Shown here: one piece after another, positions 23,985 to 34,699 of the stretch
Position numbering within the stretch: position 1 is the first letter of the stretch
Layout of the letters: every line of letters begins with the position of its first letter
Source: Mytilus edulis
Lineage: Eukaryota
Reading direction: 5' to 3'
Length of the DNA stretch: 64,000 bases
Assembly (NCBI RefSeq): GCF_963676685.1
Contig: NC_092348.1
Location: forward strand, 7,688,001 to 7,752,000
Translations under genes and position numbers: made by a program
The notes under the pieces: generated by a model
Told to the model about the DNA's origin: nothing
The model's input: only the letters and a program-made list of their open reading frames with translations
The model's database searches: none

Positions 23985-25966
23985 TTCAACATCAGGAAAA
24001 ACATGTTTTACTTTGATTTAAGTGAGCTAGCTATAAACCATGTTTGACCAATCTGTTTCTTTGAAAAATGCCTGTACGAAGTAAGGAATAAAACAGTTGT
24101 TTTCAACTAGTTCAATTGTTTGATAAAATTTGATTTTGTCAGTTTTAATGGAATTCCCCATTTTTGATATACCTTGGAAGTTGGTAATTTTGTTACACAC
24201 TTTTTTATAAAAGTGCAATGAGGATTATGTTAGTTATGTATAGGTAAAATATCATATCGGATAATACAGTTGTGTATACATTCCATACTAAATATAAACA
24301 TGCCTTTAATTGTGAAAGACAATTTAAATCTATAACAAATCAATTTCGAAGGACTGTTCGTTACGTTAATTTCTCTCATTGTGAAAATAGGACTCAAAAC
24401 ATAGCTTATGGTCCTTCATTTTTTGTTTGATTTTCTTACTCAGGGTTTGTTTCTTTTTTTTCTCATTTTGCAGGACTATAAAGTAGAAATTTCGAATTCC
24501 AGTCGAAATTTGTACCTTTAAAAAAGTTCCATAAGTATCATAATCTCACAATGTCCTTCATATTAAACTCATCTGAAGGTTTGCTTGAAATAAACTAATC
24601 ATTTAACATTTTATACATCAGACTCGCCTTTCGTCCACAAAAGACTCATCAGTGACGATTGAATCAAAAACGTTAAAAAGGTAAAATAAAATGCCGATCA
24701 GCATTGACGACCTTAAATTTAGAAAGAAATTTTGCCATTCGACTTAGATTATCATTTCCTTGGGTTCCAATAGCTGTTCGTTTTAATTTTTTATCTCTCC
24801 ACAAAAGACAGTTATTTATTTAAAACTTTCACTTTCATCACTCATTTACCACTACTTTTTTTTTTATCACAGCTTAGATTGTGGTTTACCGTCTACGTTG
24901 TCTGGTCTGCTAAGACAATGACAATCAAAACCAAGGAGTACCGACAATGGCCTATTTCTGAATATGACTGTTTTACCGAGTTTGAATTTACATTGCTAAT
25001 AGATTTGTCTCGGTGTCTATATATATATTCAACATTTACGTTTTTCGTTATGATGTGTCTTTTGTTAGTCTGATTCGATAATGTGTTATGTTTCATCTTT
25101 TGTGGTTTGGATTCTAATTTTATTTTCTATATGTATGTAAATGTTAAGATAATTAATCAGCTAGTTCATAAACATGATGTTAAGTTGAAAGCAACTATAT
25201 GAACATGATTTATTTGCTTATTTGATTTAGAAGGCAACACCAACACGGTTAGAATATACAATTATTTACACCGTTACTGACATTATTTGATTTAAACATT
25301 CTTGTAATGATAACACCCGGTTCAAGTCACCATTTTTTCTAAAGGTGGATCATCATAAAGTATTTATTTCTTCAGATAGAACTTTTTCAACTTCGCCAAA
25401 ATGAAATTTTTTCTATGTTTTTGTTTTTGTTTATAAATACAATGTAAAGCATTGGTCGCGTTGCTGTTTTTCGAGCTACAAGTCGTGCAAAATTGCTCAA
25501 ATTTGTATAAATTGTTTATGAAAATACACATTTTTGTGAATAAAAAAATTTGAGATACAATTTGAAATAAAACATGAGAAATAAAGGCAACAGTAGTATA
25601 CCGCTGTTCAAAACTCTTAAATCGATGGACAAAAAACAAAATCGGGGTAACAAACTAAAACTGAGGGAAACGCATTAAATATAAGACGAGAACAACGACA
25701 CAACATTAAAATGTAACACACACATAGGTTTTTTAACATGCTTTAAAAAAATAAAAATACAAGATGGTATCAGCGAACTTGCTTTCTTGCTACAAATAAG
25801 AAAATGCAATTTCACTTTCATTACAGTTCAAAATATTTACTTTAAGAAATATATTAAATTGCCAAGTTGAAACATTGATTCTAAAAACATGAATATTTGG
25901 TTTTGTTTTAACGTTTTAGATAATGCCATGAATCACCTATTTTCTTTAAAACCAGTAAGTAGGCTT

Positions 25967-26945
25967 ATAGTTATCAAAGGTACCAGACATATAATTTAAT
26001 ACGCCAGACCACCGTTTCGTCTTCATAAGACTAATTTTTGACGCTCAGATAAAAATAGTTAAAAAGCCAAACAAGTACAAAGTTGAGGAGCATTGAGGAC
26101 CGAAAATTCCAAAAAGTTGTGCCAAATACGGCTAAGGTAACACAAAAAAATGAAGATCTGTTATCAAAGGTACCAGGCATATAATGTAAAACGGCAGACG
26201 AGCGTTTCCTCTTCATTAGACACATCAGTGACGCTCAGATCAAAATAGTTATAAAGCCAAACAAGTACAAAGTTGATGAGCATGAAGGACTCAAAATTCG
26301 AAAAAGTTGTGCCAAATACGACTAAGGTAACATATAAAATGAAAATCTGTCTTAAAAAATGTACAACGATTGTGAACTGCTTTTGAACAATCCAAGATGG
26401 CGGTATACAGTGAATAAACTCATCATAGATACCAGGATGAAACTTTTCTATGTGCGCCAGACGCGCGTTTCGTGTACAAAAGACTCAGCAGTGACGCTTT
26501 AATCAAAACGAGTTAAAAGGTCAAATATAGTACGAAGTTGAAGAGCATTGGGGATAAAACAATATCCAAACAGGTTCCAAAGACAGCTTAGGTTAACTAT
26601 TTCTGAGGTAGAAAAGCCTTAGCATTTCAAAAATTCTAAGTTTTGTAAAAGGTGGTAACGCATTCCTGTTGTAGAAAAACCTTAGTATTTAAAAAAAAAT
26701 GATTTATAATTATGACCGTATCAATGATAATTCATGTCAACATAGAAGTGCCGACTACTAGGCTGGTGATACACTCGGGGAATAAAAAAACTCCATCAGC
26801 AGTGACTCTATGCTTGTAAATTTACTCAACATAGATACCATGATACACATTTTGTATTTTCGCCGGACCCGCGTTTCGTCTACAAAAGACTCACTTGTGA
26901 CGCTCGAGTAAAAAAAGTTATAAAGGCCAAAATATAGTTCGAATC
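25967..26945 (-). mobile_element. Cluster of partial, degenerate family-A retrozyme units
   Basis: Four hammerhead remnants on the minus strand (~26000-26046, 26190-26236, 26452-26498, 26860-26906), with flanking AAGTTGARGAGCAT...AAAAAGTTGTGCCAAATACG blocks. Confidence 0.8.
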
Positions 26946-27375
26946 TACCTTAAAATACCCTGTATCAAGTGAGGAATATTACAGTTGTTATCAAATGTCC
27001 TATTCAATGTATGTTGGCAATTATCTTTGTTGCAGTTCAATGTTTCTGTTATTCCGCTGGTTTCCTCTTTTTGGTTTGTGACCCTGATTTGTGTTCGCTT
27101 AATCGATTTATGACTATCGGACAGCGTTATACTACTGTTGCAATTATTCAACAAACTGTAAAGCACTAGAAATTATAGCAGGAATAAAGATATCTAGAAA
27201 AAAATATTGATAGATTAATTCAACGTTGGACCACGGACAGTCAGTGACATGAAGTCTACAACCTTCCATATTTATCTGTAAGTATGATATTGTATACTTC
27301 CTATCTACTATAATTTAACTAGGACAGAAGAACATGTATTCAGATATCTATTTAAAAATCCAAAATTTATGAAAT

Positions 27376-30300
27376 ATGATAACGTATGTCAGATTAGCTT
27401 TCATAGCTCTTTATTTGGCTGAAGCAGGGACAAAAGGTAAGTCATAGTACTAGTCTTTTTCAGGTGTTTACTATTATTTTATCTTAGAAACTATACCATG
27501 AACGTTATATTTAAGTTCCGCCTACGATAATAATAAAACATTATGTTTTCATGCCTTTGCGTACGTCCGTTAGTCAGTCTTGTATCAGGTCAAAGTGTTA
27601 GGTTAAGACAGTTGACAATAAAGTTGTGTCAACATCAGTTTGTTTATTATAATGCGAATCTATGCTAAGTTACTGTTGACCCGATTCACGGTTCTCTGAA
27701 CCTAGAAATGAGATGCTATCAAATGGGCTGCCATAGGCTTTGGGTATTTATCAATTGTCCTATTCACAGTTTTGTTTCAGTGATTGTTCTCTTTTTAATT
27801 TGTTATTTCCTACATCTAAAAATTATTTTATTTTAAAATGTGACTTGTTTTCACTAGAAATTTAGCTCGAGACAATATAATATAGACTCTTACAATAATA
27901 AAATAAAAACAATGTTTACAATTCTTACTTATCAGATATCAACATTAAAATCGTACCAGAGCATGTTTACCTTGATTCAAGAGATGTTAATATATCATGT
28001 GAGTTCAACTCAAATTTGGTGAAAACTCCACAGTGGATAACTATAAGAAGAAATGGTCTTTTCCTATTACACGACGTAGTTATTGCTACTGGTAATAAAA
28101 CAGAATTGGGCGAGTTTTTCCGTGATAGTAAATACAGATCAAGGATGGAGATTAGTGGAAGTGTAGCTGACCAACGTGTTAATGTTATGATGAGAACAAT
28201 GGAGTGTGAGGATGAAGCACACTATGAGTGCGTTGTTGGTGGTCACAATGGCCAGTCACTGCAAATGTTTTCAGATTCGTATGCTTTAGTTGTTAATTGT
28301 GAGTATGTACAAAATTTATATCAATATTTCATTAAATTTGAAAGGAACCACTTTTTTAAAACATTTTCAGTGTTTCATTTACTTTTAGAATAAATGTACT
28401 GACAAACAAATGAAGGTTTCTCAAATAAATTGAAAAGTCGAGAAACGGGTAATTTTGACTATTTTTTTATTTTTATAAGCCGGTGCTATATAACGGAAAT
28501 GATAGACTTCCTTAACTTTTTCGTCTCCAGCATATGTCATGAAAACCTTTTTAGAAATAAGTATAGAGCACCATATCTGAGAATCCAGTTATTGATTTCG
28601 GAGTAGACTAAAATTCTTCCTACCACTATATTTCATGTTAACAGACATTAGTATGTCCTTGTTTTGTTGTTGGAAACCCTAAAAATCAATTAAATAGAAT
28701 GAAAAATAAAACTGCAAGTGCACTAGGTCATCATGGGGTAATGAAGAAAAGTGCAAAAGGACAATTGAATGACCGGACGAAAGAACGCAGAGACATAATG
28801 TGCAATATGCACTACCGATCGCGCGCGCGAATAGAAATTTAACGGAGATTCACAAGAAAATCAGTAACGATAAAAAGTGCTAGTGTAACAAAAAAATTGT
28901 TCCGGTGTGACATTTGTTCCGCCGGAACAAATTTCATAGGAAATATGTTCCACGGGAACTTATGTCATAGAAAATATGTTCCAGCACTATAAAATTTGTT
29001 CCGTAACTAATTTTTAACCAAGTGTGAAATAAGTTCCGGAACAAAAATCACAGCACCATGCATGAGTTTTGTTCCAATATTAAAATAAAAAAAAGAAGAT
29101 GTAAAATAAGTTCCTGTGATATTTGTTTTGAACGAATGTATTTTATAGAAATCAATGAAAATGTTCTGCTCGAACCTACTTCACAGAAAATAAGTGCTTG
29201 CATGGGGTACATTTGCAATTGAAGGCATGACTGTAGGATGAAGATAAGGAATAAAAGAGAAGATAATATATCAATATCATAATTTGTATCTATATTTTAT
29301 CGTTTATGTGGTATTCAACCTTCTTGTTTCCTGTTGATCTGTCATGGGTGTTCTAATCATACATGTTCTTAGCTTTGGTCACTGCACAGTTTTAAAAGAG
29401 TGTGTCTTTTTTTCCTTTATGTCTTTTAATATATTTGATCAGTCATTTTAAATGTTCATCTTTAAATATAAGACTTTTTATTCAGAATGACTTTTATTAT
29501 TATTTCTTATTCTACTCTTTCCAGATTCATAAGTGTCATTTTTAGTATTATTAATTGAGTATATTATTAAACTTTTGCTTTACTCCACATAATCCAAATT
29601 GAATGTTTACACTTTTTATTTATTACATAATCAATGTAATACATGTTTTTTTATAATAACTTTAAACTCACTGATGACAAGTGCTCAGTATATAAGATAA
29701 CTTGTTTAACCAGTGGAACATATTTCACAGACAAGGAACTTATTTTACCAGGTAAGGAACAAATCTCACAAATCCAGAACTTATTTCACCAGGTAAGGAA
29801 CAAATCTCACAAACATGGAACTTATTTCACTAGATAAGGAACAAATTTCACCAACCCAGAACTTATTTCACTAGGTAAAGTGTGGAACTTATTTCATAGA
29901 GATGGAACAAATTATATAGAAATTGTCTATGAAAAAAGTTCTCCCAGAACATATTTCCTGTGAAATTAGTTCCACTGGAACTTTTTTCACAGGAACAAAT
30001 TTTTGGCTCACACTAGCAGAGTGATTTGACTACAGGTTGACAACGTTTTTTTTGTAACTCAAACTGTTCAATTTTCGTATAATGATTATAAAAAGAAATA
30101 GTTAAACAAGGCTTGTTTCATTTAGAACCAATTATGTATGTTTATTCTTGCTTCATTCAATGTTAAACACATGTTCATAATTCTGGTACCTTTGGTAACT
30201 ATTTACACTACTGGGTCGATGCCACTGCTGGTGGACGTTTCGTCCCCGAGGGTATCACCAGCCCAGTAGTCAACACGTCGGTATATCAATAATGTGGTCA

Positions 30301-31859
30301 TTTTTGTAAATTTCCTGTTTACAAAACTTTGAATTTTTCGAAAAACTCAGGATTTTCTTATACTAGGCATAGATTACCTTAGCCGTATTTGACACAACTT
30401 TTTGGAATTTTGGATCCTTAATGCTCTTCAACTTTGTACTTGTTTGGCTGTTTAAATATTTTGATATGAGCGTCACTGATGAGTCTTATGTAGACGAAAC
30501 GCACGTCTGGCGTACTAAATTATAATCCTGGTACCTTTGATAACTATTATTTTTTTTATTTTTTTTTATTTTACAGCTCACCCTGAAAGACCAACAATAA
30601 CAGTAAATGGATCATCTGTTCTTAATAAGACATTCATAGGGGTAAAGGCAGGTGAAGAAGTTCATATAGAATGTGATGCGTATGTTGGGAAACCGCCTAT
30701 AACTATGCACTGGTACAAATATGATGCAAACAATGGTTCCTATATCACCGAAAGAAACATGACAGGCAAACGTAAGTTTTATCGAAATTTGTCCCAAAAG
30801 ATATTGAAAAATATGTGCAAAGAATGATTCAGGATGAATTGTATTTTTAAATAGGGAAATACCAGTGGTAAAATAACTCTACAAAACTGGAATGGGTTCT
30901 GTTTACAGAGTCTATCTTTATATATTATGTGATATGATCCAATTAATTTAAATTTTTTTAATATTCTTCAATAATGATAAATACAGAAAATTCTAGATTT
31001 GCAATATTTACAAATCTTGAAAGATCTGATATGCTACTGATGACAGCCTTTGAGTTGTTCTAAATATTAGGGATTGTCTACCCCAGGAATAGATTGCCTT
31101 AGATGTACTTCGCAAACATTTTGGAGAATTGGGTCCTCACTCTTAAGTGATATTTGCTTCTTACTTTATTTCATATTACAATTTTTGTTGATTTGGGTGT
31201 CACGTATGAGACTTTTGTACACGAACCGCGCGTCTGTCATGCAATATTGTAACTTGCTTTTATAAACCTTTGAAGCTTTTCCATCATTCAATTTATTATG
31301 ATAATTTAATCAATAGTTTTAGTGTATAACAAACACGTACACGAAAGTTACATACTTACTTTATGAATAATATATATTTTAGATAGATGAATAGTTGGAT
31401 AAATGAGGGATGAGAGATACCAGAGGGACATTTAAACTCATAAATCGAAAATAGACTGACAACGCCATGGCTAAAAATGAAAAAAAAGACAAACAGACAA
31501 ACAATAGTACACATGACACAACATAGAAAAACTAAAGAATAAGCAACACGAACCCCACCAAATGTTGAACATCCAGAGGCAAATATTGTATGTATATCAT
31601 GTATTTAACAATCATATTGATTTGTTTTTACAGGGGAGATAGTATTTTGCCAATATCTTCTGTCGAGTTTGAGATTGAATAAAATCTTATATTAACAATT
31701 TATTCTGCAGCTTCACGAAGATTACCGATTGGAAACCTATGCAACTATTACACAACATTTCCACTTGGATTTATTGCATCAATAAGTACGCCGGAAGTCA
31801 GACTTAGGTGTGCAGTAGGAAATGAACAGGAAGACGTGATTATAAATGTTTCGAACTGA
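27376..31859 (+). CDS. Secreted two-immunoglobulin-domain protein, paralog 2 (255 aa)
   Basis: Exons 27376-27436 (MITYVRLAFIALYLAEAGTK), 27936-28298, 30577-30771, 31711-31859; 768 nt in frame. Exon sizes and phases match paralog 1 (61/363/195/149 vs 61/369/195/161). Shared motifs: VKTP.WITI.RNG, EC.DEAHYEC, ECDA.VGKPP, STPEVRLRCAVGNE. Confidence 0.9.
28884..30012. mobile_element. Non-autonomous TIR DNA transposon with TGT...ACA ends and subterminal GTTCC/GGAAC repeats (Ginger-like)
   Basis: Ends TGTAACAAAAAAATTGTTCC / GGAACAAATTTTTGGCTCACA, flanked by CTAG at 28880-28883 and 30013-30016. Many GTTCC motifs on the left and GGAAC motifs on the right. Confidence 0.8.
30177..30546 (+). mobile_element. 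Family A retrozyme monomer (345-bp period) with terminal direct repeat
   Basis: CTGGTACCTTTGRTAACTA at 30183 and 30528 brackets one unit that contains the hammerhead at 30470-30513. Confidence 0.9.
30470..30513 (+). ncRNA. Type I hammerhead ribozyme motif, family A, intact core
   Basis: GCGUCA-CUGAUGA-GUCU-UAUGU-AGAC-GAAA-C-GCAC-G-UC^UGGCGU. Stem I GCGUCA/UGGCGU is fully paired including G-U. Predicted cleavage after 30507. Confidence 0.88.
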
Positions 31860-32439
31860 ATTGGTCCTTTTAAAAATTAAACCACAAACAATTTATCCTT
31901 GATCAAACTGTTCAAGTATATAGCTTAAGTGCCAGAACACATAAATAGAACTATTGTCACTTGAATTGTCATTTATATGGCAAAAGTTATAAATAAGCTG
32001 CTAACAATACTTTGATTTTTTTAAATACTAAGGCTCTTCTGCGTCAGAAATAGATTATTCGATGTTTTTTTGGCAAAACTTTCAGGAACTTTTGGTCCTC
32101 TATGCTTTTCAACTTCGTACAATTTTATGCCTTGGTATCTTTCAATCTTGGTATCTATAATGATATATAAAAAAGAAGATATGGTATGAGTTTATTTTCA
32201 ACAATTGTATACTAAAATAAAAACCCATTAAAGACACTTATTTTCACTGAATGCCGCAAATCTCATTGTAGCTTTAAAAATCAAAATGTGATTAAAAAAA
32301 AACTTATTCAAGTTTATAAAATTAGACAAGACTTCAAAATCTTGGTATTAACAAACCATATTTTACTTTGCCTTATTCTCGACTGCAAGTAAGACCAAAG
32401 TAAAGGAAAAAATCTCGGATAAAAAAGAATTCTACATTG

Positions 32440-32730
32440 GGTAGAGGTACAGGGGACGGTTGAGATATCACAAAACATGTTTAACCCCACCTATCCCAAG
32501 TCAGGGGTCCCTGGTCTTTGTTAGTCTTGTGGTTTTTAAATTATTTTTTAATTCATTTATATGTTTTGGAGTTTTGTGTGACGTCCGTTTTCACTGAACT
32601 AGTACATAATTTTATTTAGGAGCCAGCTGAGGACAACCTCCGGGTGCGGGATTTTCTCGCTACGTTGAAAACCCATTGGTGGCCTTCGGCTGTTGTCTGC
32701 CCTTTGTAGGGTTGTTGCCTCTTTGATATA
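32440..32730 (+). mobile_element. SINE-like dispersed repeat (second copy ~62970-63235)
   Basis: GCCAGCTGARGGAC..CCTCCRGGTGCGGGATTTTCTCGCTRCGTT.AA.ACCCATTGGTRGCCTTCGGCTGTTGTCTGC is shared between 32620-32720 and 63097-63200. Family assignment is not established. Confidence 0.7.
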
Positions 32731-32988
32731 TTCAGAAACATGTATTGTATTTGTCGATTTGTTTTTCTGTCAATTTCGTACAAAATATCTGAGCAATGAC
32801 CTTTTACTGCTTGGATACAAAGCAAACTTTAATAAATTAGCCCCAATGATCAATCAGAGACATCAGGGCAAACTGATAGGTTGTAGTGTATAAAAGAAAA
32901 GTAAAATCACAAAAAATACTGAACTCCGAGGAAAATTCAAAAAGGAAAGTCCCTAATCAGATGGCAAAATCAAAAGCTCAAACACATA

Positions 32989-34198
32989 TGTAGGACTCTA
33001 AAGTGCGATGGGGACGCTAAAGTACGATGGTCACGCTAAAGTGCGATGGTCTACGCTAAAGTACGATGCCTACACACGCTAAAGTGCGATTGTCCGCGAA
33101 AGTATAGACGTAATAAACGTACAATGAATTATGACGAGAACAGTCGTTTACTAACGAAAACTGAACATGCCGAAAGATAAATGTTTAAAATACAAAAAAA
33201 TGTATTTGATTAATAACTTTAAACGAAATTTCCATGACTAACTTAATTTAAACCTAACCGTGCTTTGTTGGCTGAAGTAAATGTTTTTTTCCGGGTTCTG
33301 GAAGGACTTATGTCCTGCAGTCGACCATTTTACTATACAGATGAGATACAAAAGTATCCTTGATCTTGTTTCTATGTTAGAAGCTATAACGGATAATTGA
33401 AATTATTGTTTATGTTGCAGTTTTTTTTTCTACTTTGCGGTCCCCGTTCAAATATTTAATAGACTTATTGCCTGATTCAGTAGGAAGTAGGCATGATCAT
33501 AATACAAGACAAGAAATAATATTACAGAAGTCAACACACGGACCCGTTTATAATCTAAAATGTGAATCTCTGTCATTATTTAAAACACAAATTAGTACCC
33601 AAAATAGTAAGGTCCCAGTGTATTATTATATAGGACATCGTTTTGGTCAAAATCTTCATGCTCGCTTAAGAATGGATTTAAGTTCATTGAATTCTCACCT
33701 TTTCGTTCGTTTTTAGTAAATTCATGCGTAAATCATAAATTGTCCGCTAAAACATTATTTTGTACAGTGTAGGAAAATATAACATGTAGTGATGCCTTTG
33801 TGTTGAAGGCTGTATCTTGACTTATAATGGTTTACTTTTATAAATTTGTAATGCAGTTGGATGAAAAGTTGTCTCATTGGCACTCATACAACATCTAGCT
33901 ATATGTATTGGTACTCATTACGAAGAAGAAGAAAGCTTGGCGAATATTGCATATATGCAAGCAAGCTGACTAAAAAGTCTTACTCTAAAAGTATTAGGAA
34001 ATTAGCTATAATCCCTCGAACCTTACTATATTGGTTCATTGCACTTTAGCGTGATATACAACCGTACCCATCGCACTTTAGCGTCACACCGTGATACACC
34101 ATCGTACTTTAGCGTAGACCATCGTACTTTAGCGTAGACCATCGCACTTTAGCGTGACCATCGCACTTTAGAGTACCATCGCACTTTAGAGTCCTACA
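32989..34198. mobile_element. Non-autonomous TIR DNA transposon, TGT...ACA ends, 4-bp TSD CATA (Ginger-like)
   Basis: Perfect 23-bp TIR TGTAGGACTCTAAAGTGCGATGG / CCATCGCACTTTAGAGTCCTACA. About 19-20-bp subterminal repeats ACGCTAAAGTRCGATGG at both ends. CATA at 32985-32988 and 34199-34202. Confidence 0.9.
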
Positions 34199-34699
34199 CA
34201 TATAAGTGACAATTGTGATAATATCGATGAAAATAATAATAATAAAAACTATAAATCTATCACTTCAACAAAAATAGTACCTCTCTTGACGTGTTGATAA
34301 GTTGCAAATAGTTGCAAAAGTTGCAGGAATACTCCTCTGGCGCTTGTACAGTGAAGTATAATTGTAACAAGATATTTAGAATAAAAAAATATATTTGTTG
34401 TTAAAAAAAAACCCGATAAGTTGCAAATGCTATATATCTTAGAGACATACTATAGAACGACCATTCTCTAAGTTGTCATATTTTACCAACTTGTACGTGT
34501 TTTAAAAATTATGCAAATTCAAAACCAAAAGGAATTGACAAAAGGATATAACACTACTTTAAAATCTACTCGTTAAATCAATATACAAATAATAAGGTAT
34601 GGTTTAATTAGACAACTACCCGTAAAAGAATAAAAAGGATGTGAATTAAAGTTACCGTATATATGGCTCGACAATTATATACGGCAATTATATACGAAA

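Noticed and set aside
27249-27343. Upstream ATG and GTAAGT donor as an extra coding exon of Ig gene 2
   Set aside because: Splicing 27277 to 27344 leaves that ATG out of frame with the signal peptide. At most it is a 5' UTR exon.
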